Assembly (NCBI GenBank): GCA_039545335.1
Contig: BCIN01000006.1
Span: 496,001-560,000, forward strand
Reading direction: 5' to 3'
Origin: Kondoa subrosea
Taxonomy: Eukaryota
Length of the DNA stretch: 64,000 nucleotides
The notes under the pieces were generated by a model. That model was not told where the DNA came from. It did no database searches and worked only from the letters and a program-made list of their open reading frames with translations. The position numbers and the translations under genes were made by a program. Below are positions 25,466-38,377 of this stretch, in pieces (positions within the stretch are counted from its first letter, which is position 1; every line of letters begins with the position of its first letter).

Positions 25466-25887
25466 GATGAGGCCAGCTCGATATCGGTGTTGAGGATGCA
25501 GTAGAGTAGAGAAGAGCCAGTAATGAATTACTGCCCATCTCGAACTTGAACAAATTTCGAGGATGGCTGAGAACTCAAATAACAACTCTAAAATAATTCA
25601 CAGATGGCTGTTCCCGGATTAAGCAAGCCGCGTTCCAGGGAGTAACAGATGTGGGCTAAGGCGACCTATGAAGAGTGCCTTGCTGTATATAAAGATTCAG
25701 GCTAAGCACCATCTGATTATGTAATCTAGCAATGTCTTTGCTCTTAGGTAAATTAAATCCAACAATAGAGGGCTTATTTGCCGTACAGTGACAAGAGGAG
25801 AAGATGTGATAGCTACTGTTAATTTGCTCATATAGTTCGAGAATGCTACAAAGGGAGAAGGAATGCCTGTATGAATCTAATCGTACT

Positions 25888-26477
25888 TTACGGTGCAGCG
25901 GGTGCACCAGGATCGTAGTATGGTTGCGACTCGTGTCGAGCTACGGTTGCATGATACTTCGATTCCCAAACAATCGCTATGTCGATTTGAGCGGGCAAAG
26001 CAGTAAGGAGCCAAGGTGTAAAGGGTTGAGGATCAGCAAATATTGCACGGCATCCGGGAGGTACCACTCCTGCTGCTACTTCTGCTGTGAATGGGGGAGT
26101 CACCCAATGGACTGGTTCGTGTTCACCGAGATGATATAGAATTTCTCCTGGCAGAGGTTTGTATATGGCTCGGACCTCAATGCTGCTCCGATCAGCTGTA
26201 ACGCGATATTGGTAGAAAGGTATTTCGCGTCGCTGTTATCTGAAGTCAGCTTCTGTCAACACTGCTAAGCTTGATCTCGTATGGCTCACGATATGACCAG
26301 CTTCCGCTGCAATTGCTCGTTGGTTTGCCCTGGGCAGGCGGTACGAGTGCCCCTGTATCAACAAGATCAACCTGATCTATCTGTAAACAGATGAATGAAA
26401 CCTACTAGGGCTCGAAGACGCTCTCCATACACAGCAACCAATTGTGGTGAGGTCATATAGTGAGTGTTGTGGCTCAT
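25888..26477 (-). CDS. Small hypothetical protein (3 exons)
   Basis: MSHNTHYMTSPQLVAVYGERLRAL / GHSYRLPRANQRAIAAEAGHI / RREIPFYQYRVT...PAAP* joined by two GT-AG introns. A pyrimidine-rich leader and TATA-like element lie upstream. Confidence 0.4.
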
Positions 26478-26498
26478 AACACTAGCAGATGAGTATAT

Positions 26499-26550
26499 AG
26501 AAGAAGAAGCAGTTGAAGAAGAAGAAGAAGAAGAAGGGAGAGAGAAGAAG
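26499..26550. repeat. (GAA)n-rich microsatellite
   Basis: agaagaagaagcagttgaagaagaagaagaagaagaagggagagaagaag. Confidence 0.8.
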
Positions 26551-26877
26551 CTAAAGCGAGAAATCAGCTCGACGGAGATGTTTCGGTTTAATACTCGCTT
26601 GACCCACGGTTAGCCTTTATGGCCGTTTGTATCTCGTGGAAGGAGGAATCAGCATGGCAGATCATAGGCTGCTTGACACCCAGTGCATAAGGAAGGACAG
26701 TATGAATGCAATCGGAAGCACAAGAACGAGAAGCAAGCGGTGATTGGACGTTCCACCGGTAATCGTGCCTGACGCTTGAGAAGGTATTGCAATACATGAA
26801 GAGAGCTTTCGATAGTAGCCTTAGTATCGACTTGGGACCCTGCGGGTAACGAGTGACTGACCTAACGCATGTCCCTT

Positions 26878-27933
26878 TTACTTACATACGATAGCGAAAT
26901 AAACCGCATCAATATGTCTCGTACTACCTTTCCTTTCTCTCCTAGCAGTCCTCAAGTCAATCTCCCACTCTTCAACTTGATTACCCAAAGCAGTCTTTAT
27001 CGTTTGTTCAAATTCTTCTTTGATTTGCCATTGACCCGTACTAGCTTCTTCACTATCTGGTCGCAAGCGATGAGACCCGAAGATGACAGTCCCTCTCTCT
27101 TTCTTAGCTAAGGAAACGAAAGCGCGCAAGACTTTGATCTTGATTTCTTCGTTGAAGAGATGAAGGAAAGCTGAGGCGTGAAGCGCAGTCACTTGATTTT
27201 GTAAGGAATTCAGATTACTGATAGCATATAGGTCAGGCTGGGATGTAGAATTCCCCTGATCAACGGAAGCGGTAAAGAAGGCTGGGTTGAGGATATCGCC
27301 CGCCAGGAAAGCTGGTTGTAGATCTGAAGCAGAGAAGAGTTCTTTTCCCAGATCAAGGTAGTCTACATATGAGCGACATCAGCTCAGTTTCCATACTGTA
27401 CCAAGGAAGCTGGCTCGCCTTGCTCAAGATCTACTCCTAGAACCTGTTCAATGGGCCAGCCATCAAGAACAGCCTTGCGAGGATCCGTTCCGACTGTGCC
27501 ATATGCGTCAGCATTACTGAATGATCAATCGCTATTTCAAGAACAAACAGAAGCAACCCAAATCCAGAAAGATGCCAGGTGAACCCTTCAGCATCAAAGC
27601 CTTTTCATACGCGAAGTGATCGCTCTGCATTTGCTATTAGAAGAGATTTCATTCAGACGAATGGCTGCTAACAGCGTTGAAACTAGAAATGGAGACAAGG
27701 ACATAAATAGAATGAAGGCTTCACAAATGGAAGAGGGCTGACTCGAGGAAGGAGAAGCGAGCGATGCAAGGATAAGGTTTCACAGCAAATGCCTTGTGCA
27801 TGATTGACAAAACTCGTTCGCGGATTGCTTCATCTGATTCGAGCTCAGTGACTCGGCGAAGGAAAGCCAGCTGCTCTGGTGTTGGCTGATAGGCGCTCTC
27901 ATCTATCACTACTGGTGGCAGACGTGAGCTCAT
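26878..27933 (-). CDS. SAM-dependent methyltransferase, copy A (fungal YPCI / LDLGC-GTD-RK family)
   Basis: KPYPCIARFSFL, IFLDLGCF-GTDPRKAVLDGWP, FLAGDIL, HASAFLHLF, IFGSH. Confidence 0.85.
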
Positions 27934-28392
27934 TGATAGAGGAACTGGACGTGACTGTTCAAGTCGAAGGGTAACATCCGCCGGTCGCGGCGAAATCGCA
28001 AGATCAACTTAAAGGCAAGGTCATTATTGCATTGATCTACAAATTACTAGTTGACGCCCTGACGACATACAAGAAAAGAAGATCACAGAAAATTGTAGGT
28101 CTACTCTGGAAAACCGCACTAGCTATCAATTTCACCAAGATCGAAAGAACGATGAACAGCACATAGACAGAGGCAAAAAGGAGATCCTTCTATCTTCGCT
28201 CCAAACAAGTCAAAAAGCCTAGGTAAAAGAAAATTTCCAAGTCAGAGAACATAAAAGCCAACACGCCGCGAAGCGTTGTCAGGCAATAGTTTCATGAATC
28301 TTGTTTCTTGGCCTGATCAGTTTGTGAAGCGGTTGTTTGAGGTCGTTGAGAAGAGGAAGAAGACATTGAGTATAAGGCTTCGCATAGGTCGC

Positions 28393-28944
28393 TTATTCTA
28401 CATTTGGCGCTGCTGTTTCCGCTTCAACGGGTCCGACTACAGGTACCGGTGCACGCCAAGTAGAGTAATGCGTCATCATTCGCTTTCCAACTTCGGCAGC
28501 CACTGAAAGAGAAAAAAAGAAAAGAATAGCAAGATCAGGCGGAAGAGGAAACTGAGAGCGCAAGATAACGAACTTCCTTCGTTCTTCATCGCATCGCGAA
28601 AAGACTGCTCTTGAAGTAGAGATAGGATATGAAGAGATTGAGGGTAGTGCACGAATCTGCTCGCTCGAGATTAGCGACGTGCATTGACGAAATCTTCCGA
28701 TGCCATACCGAGCGAATTTTGGCTCTGTGAAGTCTGTTGAATACATCAGCAGGCCATACATATGCTTTGGGACCTTAGACATACACAGTAAGTACCGCAA
28801 GTAGTTGACGAAAACGGGTTGTGAGAGAATATTTTGCTGAGCGAGAGAACAAAGGTATTGCGTGTTGCCCAACGCTTGAACGAATTCCAGATCCACTTCA
28901 AAGCGTCTCTTGTTCTCGGCTCTTTGCAAAGTCTCGTCTTGCAT
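28393..28944 (-). CDS. MED31: Mediator subunit 31 (Soh1)
   Basis: [23 protein letters not shown]...[33 protein letters not shown] after splicing. Confidence 0.9.
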   Translation of the reverse strand: MQDETLQRAENKRRFEVDLEFVQALGNTQYLCSLAQQNILSQPVFVNYLRYLLCMSKVPKHMYGLLMYSTDFTEPKFARYGIGRFRQCTSLISSEQIRALPSISSYPISTSRAVFSRCDEERRKFVILRSQFPLPPDLAILFFFSLSVAAEVGKRMMTHYSTWRAPVPVVGPVEAETAAPNVE

Positions 28945-29211
28945 GATTACATTCGAAGTTTGGGAGAAGAGCAGAGGGTAATTTTCCAAGAAGTAGACTA
29001 GTCAGGTCTCGGGGAGTGGCTCAAATGAGTTCAATGCCTGCTTCTAGTATCTATTGGCCTGAACCGCATGCAAATTACTTTCGTTCTTCTATGATAATCT
29101 TCACTCATACACCGACTGAGCCTTATACATTGTGCTTGTAGTAGGCTTCAAATCTTCATCCGATGGCTTGCCAACCTACCTTTCATATCAGCTATTACAA
29201 TCCTGGAAAAA

Positions 29212-32042
29212 TCAAGGAGAAGAACTCACAGGTGGTTGCACGGAGTACATTTTCGTCAAGACCGGGATATCAAAACCAGTTGTACCGCTAGATTTGAGAA
29301 CAGTAGTGATTGATTCGGAAGGAGCAGAAGAAGGTAGACTGTTTGCGGCGGCGCTCGAGGTCGAATTGCTTGCAGGTGTTGCTGAACTTTTTGACTTGAT
29401 TGCTGGAGGAGGTGCTTTGAGCGCGACTGAAGAGAGTTTGCCATCTGGAATATAGATACAATCCAGACTCTCTTTTCCACCTTCTCCATAGGCTCGATCA
29501 ATGACATAGTAACCTTTGCGTTCGAATTGAATGATATCGCCAGTCTTGAGTTGAGTGACGTTGTTATCCGCCAAAACGTTCGACCGGTACTCAGTCTTAG
29601 GGTTGATGAAGTCTTCCCAGTTATCTTCTTCCTCAATCTTTTTCTTCGTGATCAGGTAATCATAATCAACAAGCGTGCAAGGTATTAAAGGCGCAGAAGC
29701 GGAAGAAGCGAGCCAGTGTACTTTCTTGGAGGTCTTCTTGAAGTCGCCTTCCAGATGTAGATCAGCTTCTATCGAAATGATTTGACCGTGTGAGTCCACA
29801 TTCTTTTTGCGAACAATGGCATTGCCCCAATCCATGAGTGTGATCTGTCAGCAGGAGAGACCTCTAATCAACTCAAGTTGAGAGAAACATCATTGGACTG
29901 ACCTCCTCATTGTCTTCGAATGAAGCAGCATCTTCTTGTTCAATCAAGATTTCTGGAGAATAAGTGGTAGACTTGTTGCCCAATTCCAGGTTCTTCTTGT
30001 GCTTTGGTACAGCCTGACTATAGCTTTCCGGCGCACCAGATAAAGTCATCTTGACACTGTACGTGCCGATTGAAGCATGAGAATCAGATTATACTGAAAT
30101 ATCTTCCAATGGACGTACGAGTTCTCTTTGAGCACGGCAGCATGCCTTGGAGCGATAGGATCAATGACTTTCTTGTTCGTTGACCAAATCCCATCCCATT
30201 CTAGCGAAGTTTGAGCTTGAGAAGGTCCTTGAGCCAACATGTACGATTTGAGTGCTTCAATAGTCAGTCCGCGTCTGCGAATACCTGTACGAATCAACCG
30301 TTGATGTCCATCAGAGCAAATCTGATAGACAAGCTGGTCTCGTACCTCGAACTGTTGGGAACCTAGGATCATCCCAACCTCCAACAAGTTGTTTTTCCTC
30401 AACCATAGCTTTCAATTTCCTCTTACTGAGCAAAGTGTAGTTGAAGTTGATCCGACCAAAGTCCCAAATATCAACTTTCCGCAACTTGAGCGCATCGAGC
30501 ATCCACCAGTATTGAGGATTTCTGTCTCTGTATTCATTTGTCCGCAGAGCATGAGTGACGCCTTCTAAACAGTCCTGTAAGTTGAGAACTGGTGAATCAG
30601 ATCAGGTCTGAATGCTCCAGTGTCAAACCTACAACAATAGGACAAGCGAAATCATAACCAGGATAAATCTTCCATGTTGTTCCCGTTCGGTGATGCGGTT
30701 CCAGATTACAGCGATAGATTACTGGATCGCGCATTGCTTTGTTTGGATCATCCGAAGAAATCTTGGCTCTCAAACACCATTTCAATCCTTCTTCTGAACC
30801 AGCTTGCATCTGAGCGAAATGTTCCAAATTGTCTTCTATCGAATCCTCTCTATGAGCTGAAGCAATACCATTCATTCTCTCGTCTCGCATTTGTTGCTGT
30901 AAAGTGTCGTCTGTGTAAGCTTTACCGGTCTTGATCATGGTTACCGCATGTTGGAAGAGTTGATCAAAGTAGTCCGAAGTGTATGTCATAGCATCTCCTT
31001 TGATTCCCATGAGGTTCAGATCTTCTAGGATAGAGTCTTGGAATTCAGCCTGTCGTAAAGAAGGACCCTACATCAGAGTGATTCTGATAATACAGAGGTG
31101 TCTTTCTCCGACCTTTTCTTTACTTGGGTTAGTATCATCGAAACGAATCAAGAATTTCCCTTCGTATTGTCTAGCAAAGAACTGGTTGAGAATAGCTGCT
31201 TTGGCATGACCAATGTGTAGATAACCACTTGGTTCGGGTGGGAAACGAGTGACAACTTTCCCTTGAACAGCTCCTTGAAGACCTAATTCGAAAGATGCAT
31301 TGGCTGAACGGGCTTTGATCTTGTTCTTTTGCGCTGCTTGATATGATGTGATAGCGGTCTTGACGGAAGGAAGAGATTCAATGTATGAGTACCAGCGAGA
31401 AAGATGAGGATGTAGTGGTCGTTTGAGAATACCCAAGAATGGAACATTGCCTGTCAGGACGAAATAGATCAAATTACGCACAAATGCGTACTTGACTATT
31501 TGCTGACCTTTGATAGCTCCCCAAACAGCGAAATCAGCTGCAGTAGGATGGTAACCGACCAAGAAAGAGCGGAGTGTTAGTCTTTGATCGAGAGTATCGG
31601 CGACAGTGTTCAGCGCTCCAAAATCAGCTACACCTTGAATTTTCTCGCTCGCCAGTGTACAGAATTGCTCAACCTGATCAAGTAGAGTCTAGTGAGTGAA
31701 TGTCTATGCACAGAGGGGAAGGACGAACCTGCTGAGTTTCTGCGTGATCTTTTCCAACAAGACCTTGAGCAGCAAATGCATTGGCCAGGGATTTGACAGC
31801 AGCTTGAGGCGTCGTACAAGTTGATCTGACGCTGACTCAGTATCCTTTTCAACTACTCCTTGAACCACAGCGCACCCTTCTGACTTCAACTCGCAAGCAT
31901 AACTTTCTGGATGTTCAGCATCGAATTCTATCGTCAAGCCAGTTCCAAGGGAGAAGGTGTCGATCAAGTATTGTGCTAAGCAGAGCGGGCCATAGGCTGC
32001 AGCATTCTGAGCCTTGGTATATAGAGTCAAATTCGTGGACAT
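29212..32042 (-). CDS. GUS1: Cytoplasmic glutamyl-tRNA synthetase with N-terminal GST-like domain
   Basis: [71 protein letters not shown]. Confidence 0.95.
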
Positions 32043-32076
32043 GCTTGTTGGACAGCAACGTCCAGTTTCGACATCA

Positions 32077-33136
32077 ATGAGCTCACGTCTGCCGCCAGTA
32101 GTCATAGATGAGAGTGCCTATCAGCCAACACCAGAACAACTGGCTTTCCTCCGCCGAGTTACTGAGCTCGATTCAGATGAAGCGGTCCGCGAACGAGTCT
32201 TGTCAATCATGCATAAGGCATTCGCTGTGAAACCTTATCCTTGCATCGCTCGCTTCTCTTTCCTCGAGTTAGCACTTTCCAGCTGCAATGCGTTATTTTA
32301 TTTATGTCCTTTTATCCATTTCTAGTTTCAACGCTGTTAGCAGCCATCCTTCGCTTGGGCTCCCTTTCTGATCGAGCTTCAGAGCGATCATTTCGCGTAT
32401 GCGAAGGCATTGAAGTTGAAAGATTTGTCTGGCATCTTTCTAGACTTGGGTTGTTTCTGTTCGCCTTCATTCACTGCCCTATGCATTCACTGAAGCTGGG
32501 TGTATGCAGTCGGAACGGACCCGCGTAAAGCTGTTCTTGATGGCTGGCCGAACGAGCAGGTTCTTGGAGTTGATCTGGAACAAGGTCAGCGAGCTGCCTT
32601 CCTCAGAAAGCAGACTTGACTGAGTCTATGCATTTACAGAATTCCTGGATTTGGGCAAAGAGTTCTTCTCTGCCCCTGGTGTACAGCCAGCTTTCCTCGC
32701 AGGCGATATTCTCGATTCGAACTTCTTCAACCCTTCTTCTGATCTAGAAACAGCTACATCATCACCTAATCTGTATACTCTGACCAATCTTAATGCCTTG
32801 CAAAATCAAGCTTCAGCTATTCACGCAGCAGCTTTCCTTCATTTGTTCAACGAGTCAACCAAGATCAAAGTCTTACGCTCCTTCCTTACTCTAGCTAAAA
32901 AGCAAACAGGAACTATCATTTTTGGCTCTCATGGTCTGAAACCGGATAACAGACCGACTGAAGAGAAAGATGCTACTGGTCAATGGCAGACTAAAGAAGA
33001 GTTTGAACAGACGATAAAGACTGCTTTAGGCGATCAAGCTGAAGAGTGGGAGATTGAGTTGAAGACTGCTAGAAAGGATAGGAAAGGTGGTGGTATAGGC
33101 CATCTTGCAGTTTACTTCGCTCTTGTGCGCAACTGA
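32077..33136 (+). CDS. SAM-dependent methyltransferase, copy B (inverted paralogue of 26878-27933)
   Basis: First exon nearly identical to copy A; same intron positions and motifs. Confidence 0.85.
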
Positions 33137-33461
33137 AGGGAAGACGTCTGTATTTTTCTCAGTAAGTCGTTTTCCGTAAAAGAGTAATCGCCCAATTCTG
33201 TTGCCGATAGCTTTCGGAATGAGATATCAACCGTTCATACTAGCTTTCGGAGATCATGCATGCTCTTTCTTCACCTGTGCTGTGCCGCTGCTCAGCAACA
33301 TGGCTTCGACCTGTTTCTCAATTCTTTTGAAACACAAGGGTTCTCATTCCCAAACCTGCTGCGTGCCTCAGCAGCCTGTTTTTATCTGCTCTAAGCTCTT
33401 CTTCTCTCGCGTTGCTTGATATCCAGGCTGTGCTGATTGGTACTTCTTTGTTGGCTATTCT

Positions 33462-35030
33462 TTGCCTCCTTATCGAGCGAGCATAATCCCTGCAGCTGAT
33501 GGCATCACCATTCGCGATGCGACTCCAGCCAATACTGCCTCAATTACTGCCTTGCACAACACTGTTCTCGCTAAAGGGCATCTACATAACGAGCAGCCCT
33601 TCCGAGAAGCAGACAGTCAACGCTGGTTGAACACATTGTCTGAGCATTCATACCCGTGCCTTGTCGCTCACAACACGAAGGGGGACCTGGTCGCATATGC
33701 CGCTTTTGAAGCTCACTGGACGTGTGCACCCAAGAGTGGCTGCGAATTCACTGCTGGGATGACATGTCTTGTGAAAGCTGAAAATAGAAGACAAGGCATC
33801 GGTCCTCGGCTGTTTCAAGAATTGGTACAGCATCCCATTAGCCAGAGTCGCAAATTCCATGTCTGTTTTCGTGAGTTCTTGCTCTGTCTTACCTGAATAC
33901 GCTAATACAAGAACGGCATACAGTGTCTATATTATCAATCAATGCTTCTGCACGACATTGGCTCAAAGAGCTGGGATTCGAGGATTGCGGCAAGTAAGGT
34001 CAAACTGAGCAATACGTGCATGCGACTGAATTACTCTACAGGCTAGACAGTATAGCACAAAGAAACGGACTTGCCTGCGATGAGGAATACTATTCGCTTC
34101 ACCTCGGTCCGGAGCCTGTGGTCGAAGATCTTGGATTTCCGTATTCAACGTTTCCTGATCCTTGCCCGAAGAAGAACTTTCATTTACCTCTAGATCTGAA
34201 CAAGGTTCTGATACGCCAGGCTGAGATGCGTGATCTCGAGCAAAGTAAAGTCTCAACCACCTAGAGCTGTCTAAATGACTAACACGGCACACAGTGACCC
34301 AAATTCGCAACAGGGCAATTCTCTACACGCAAGTAAGTCATCTGAACGTCTATTGAGCTATCTCCATAATAGATTTGGTAACAGTCGAATTATCTTACTG
34401 TTCCTTGTTCAACTGAAGAAAGACGACCTTGGCTGAAGAGATTGTTATTTAAAGATCTTCCGGTAAGTAACAGCTACTCCGTATACGAATCTAACCCATT
34501 CTTGCAGTGTATGGTGGCCGAGGTTGAAGGATCGATTGCAGGGTATATGTGTTTGGAAGAATGGGTCGAGGGCAACTCGACCTTCTCGAGGTGAGTCTGT
34601 AGTACGATGATACTCACAACATATGCTGAAGATACTCGCAGAGCGCTATCTAGGTCGACCTACGTTAGACCGGATCTGACTAGGTAAAGAATCAGTCCGC
34701 TGCTGTGAAAGTGAGCAAATCATGACCTCCATGGAATCTTCGCATGACTGACGCTCTTGTAGGGCTTTCCTATCGCACCCTGCCATTGTAAGGAAGGGAA
34801 TCGCGCATAGTCTATCAGACATTAGACATGCAGTAGGCTCATTTCGGAAACTTTTACTGATCGTAATGAAGCCCTTCAACGGAACCCACAAGGCATGGGA
34901 TCTACGTCAAAGAACTTCACGCTCAAGGTTGTTAAACCGGCAGTCTCGTACAAAATGGGAATGCTTTGCCAATCCGAGGTTCAAGCCATCCAGTGTAATT
35001 TAGCTTGTTGTAAGAGCGTTGTTGTACATG
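33462..35030 (+). CDS. Tandem double GNAT protein (phosphinothricin-acetyltransferase-like); second domain degenerate; start uncertain
   Basis: Domain 1: ITIRDAT...PCLVA...RRQGIGPRL...KELGFEDCG. Domain 2: VLIRQAEMRDL...CMVAEVEGSIAGY...TYVRPDLTR, with in-frame stops at 34685 and 34706. Confidence 0.7.
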
Positions 35031-35161
35031 ATTAAGTGCAACTTGTAATTGTGTCGCATTGTATGCAAGTGAGAGTCTATTGGAATGCAACGCTTTCTAA
35101 CCGAATCTATACGTTATTCAGAAGTGTTTCACACTAGCGATTCAAACCTCGAAGTGACCGA

Positions 35162-37636
35162 TCAATTCGCCACGCAAGTAGAGGTTGGTCGGTATCCGCT
35201 CGTTGTCGTCAGGTGATAACCACTAATGCAGGTGGTGCTGCTGCAACTGGAGGGTCCAGTTCCTGCGAGTAAAATGTCAAGAGAGGACGAAGAAGAAAGG
35301 CGTCTTCTACTCACTGGCAAAGTTCCCACTGCACGTAGCTAGGCAGCTTGAGTTATAGCTATTGTCGTATCCTGAGGCACACTTTGTGGTGCTACATGAG
35401 TTATCGGCGTTCCCTGCAGACTAGTTCAGATCAACGATTAGAAGAATCAGCTATAAGCTTACTGGCATAGCCGTTGCAAGACGCAAGGCAGCTGGATCCT
35501 ACTTTGTCGAAGCCAGATGCACAGGTCGTAGTGCTGCAACTTCCGGTGTAAGACCCTGTAAAAACAACGTGTCAGTTTACGGTTTCAAGGTTGGGTAACG
35601 CTCGACGAACTCGTGAAACCATTGCAGGTAGGTACACAGCGACTGTTGTAATAGTCATAGCCAGTTGCGCAGGTGGTGGTACTACAGGAGATTGGCGAAG
35701 ATCCTGGGACGTAAGAAGGTTAGCGAAATCTACAGCAGGATCGTCGAAACACTTACTTGCAAAGTTATTCGGGCAAGTATCAAGGCAGCTTCCGTTGTAG
35801 CTCGAGTCGTATCCTGATGAACAGGCACAAGCACCTGTGCTAGGGTTCCTAGTCTGGTTCGATCCACACACGGCAACGCATTGTCCATTAACTGAGCGAG
35901 TAATATGAGTTGCAATTCTTGTGACAACATTCGAGTACACTCACATGCTTCATAGCCGGTAGAACAGACGCATGCACCAGAGTTTGCATTGCGTACTTGA
36001 TTGTTTGCACATGTCGCTACACAGGCACCGTTGACTGAGTAGGGCATATAAGCTTAGTGAAGACCCGGAACAGCAAAGAGTGAAGAACATACAGCTTTCG
36101 AAACCGCTACTGCATTTGCAGACACCAGTGTTTGGATCACGGATTTGATTAGCGCCGCATACTGCTGTACACTGATTGTTGACTATATTGAACAGAAGCT
36201 GATCAGTTTGATGCCAGACATGGTGGACCGACAAAACAAACCAGTTTCAAATCCACTTGAGCATTGACAAACACCTGACCCGTCCCGAGTTTGGTTCACA
36301 CCACAGACCGGTGAGCATTTGTTGTTGACTAGATACCAGCGTGAGACGATCAGCTTTCTGCGAGTCATGGGATAGAAGGTAGATCTAACCTGTTTCGAAA
36401 CCGCTTGAACACTGGCAAACGCCGGTACTATCGCGAGTCTGGTTGGCGCCGCAGATTGCTGTGCATTTGTTGTTGACTGGAGCAGAGAGAAGATCTTTAG
36501 TACGATGCGGATTAGCATTGACAATAGAATGAACCAGTTTCAAATCCGGTTGAGCACTGGCAAACGCCGGTAATGTCGCGGGTTTGATTGGAGCCGCAAA
36601 CTGGCAAGCATTGGTTGTTAACTGGATGAGAGAAGAACGATCAGCTTTCACGCAGCACAAGGCAGACAACAGGACCAACCTGATTCGAAACCAGTTGAGC
36701 ATTGGCAAACGCCTGACCCGTCCCGAGTTTGGTTCACACCACAGACCGGTGAGCATTTGTTGTTGACTAGATACCAGTGTGAGACGATCAGCTTTCTGCG
36801 AGTCATGGGATAGAAGGTAGATCTAACCTGTTTCGAAACCGCTTGAACACTGGCAAACGCCGGTACTATCGCGAGTCTGGTTGGCGCCGCAGATTGCTGT
36901 GCATTTGTTGTTGACTGGAGCAGAGAGAAGATCTTTAGTACGATGCGGATTAGCATTGACAATAGAACGAACCAGTTTCAAATCCGGTTGAGCACTGGCA
37001 AACGCCGGTACTGTCGCGGGTCTGATTGGAGCCGCAAACTGGCAAGCATTGGTTGTTAACTGGATGAGAGAAGAACGATCAGCTTTCACGCGGCACAAGG
37101 CAGACAACAGGACCAACCTGATTCGAAACCAGTTGAGCATTGGCAAACGCCTGACCCGTCCCGAGTTTGGTTGGAGGAGCACTGCAATACGCATGTCGAG
37201 CCATCTAGTACCAACAGGAATATGTTAGAGACAGGACAGTGGGAAAATGAAACCCAGAACTAACATTTTTCATAATTTGCATTGCATTGACAGATGTTCA
37301 TCGAATCGCGACTTGAATTCGCTGTGCATACTGGGTAGCAAGTGGTCCCAACTGAAAAGTACACAGATGGATCAGTAAGATTCGTGAATAGCTTATGCGC
37401 AACTCACTAGCTTCAAATCCATCAGCGCAGTAGACAGCAGAGTTCACAGCCCTTTTGGCTGTTGTTCGCTTGGATCGTCTAGGATTGTACTGATTGCGTT
37501 TGATGCGGTTGGGATCGACAGATCGTGGAAGACCTGCATTCTTGCGAAGAGCTGTAGCCTTGCGAGGCGCCAACACAAGCGCCGATATGGATGTAGAAGC
37601 AAGGAGAAGAGTGGTGAGAAGCTGTTGGAAGCGCAT
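35162..37636 (-). CDS. Secreted cysteine-rich repeat protein, about 15-16 exons, one repeat per exon
   Basis: Signal peptide MRFQQLLTTLLLASTSISA, basic propeptide with KR sites, about 10 repeats of VNNKCxxxCGANQTRDxxGVCQCSxGFET, then four CSTTTCAxGY-type repeats. Confidence 0.85.
36242..37172. repeat. Near-perfect tandem duplication with a 438-bp period (3 exons plus 3 introns)
   Basis: Positions 36310 and 36748 begin identical stretches; intron sequences are almost identical between copies. Confidence 0.95.
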
Positions 37637-38377
37637 CTTCGAGTCTTGTAATCGGAGGCGAAGAGGCGAAGGAAACTTTAAGCTTGAAGCAGAGGGAAAG
37701 AGCCCAGAAATGCGCTTAATGTAGTGTCGGAAACGAGACAATGAATGTGAAGTAGTGCGAAGAACCGCGAAGCTTATAGAGAGTCTAGAGCAAGAAGGGA
37801 GGAAATTGGCTAGACTTTGCGTGTAGATCGTTCGCGTGCCTTCGGCAGGCAAAGCGTGATGAGCTGATTGCGGTAACTTGTATATCGTGAATCGGGAGCT
37901 GATGTGCTGACGTGACCGTCATTTGCACGTCTCTCTTCAATGTCTCTATCATATGACGCGAATCCTGGCTCAGGATCAGCACTCCAAAGGCGGCCGAGAG
38001 GGAAGAGACTTACTTCAGCCGGGTCCAACGAACCGCGGCTGTCTATTACAGAGACATAACGATGTAGCGCGTCACATCAGCAGGGCTTTACAGTGGCTTT
38101 ACGGCTAATGCTGTTTCTGCTCCAGCCTCTGAGGAGAGTTCGCATTATTCGAAAGAATTCAAGGCTTGAGACCATCGTTGGATCTGGGCATTGCTGTTGC
38201 AGATTGCGGAATGTGGTTCAGTCGTGCTTGTGACGATCATGACAAAAGCGAAAGATTCTCGCTGAGCGATCAACTTGAACGAACTTAAGGAAAAGACTAC
38301 GGTTCGATGTGAAGAATGACAGATGTGCAGAAGCATCATGAGTATGAGCTACAGTTGGCGACCAGCAGGACTAAAAC

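Noticed and set aside
26878..35030. Methyltransferases + GluRS + PAT-like GNAT as a biosynthetic or self-resistance cluster
   Set aside because: No core synthase, transporter or pathway regulator; the GluRS looks like the ordinary housekeeping enzyme.
36242..37172. CRISPR-like repeat-spacer array
   Set aside because: The repeats are coding exons and the spacers are GT-AG introns in a eukaryotic gene.
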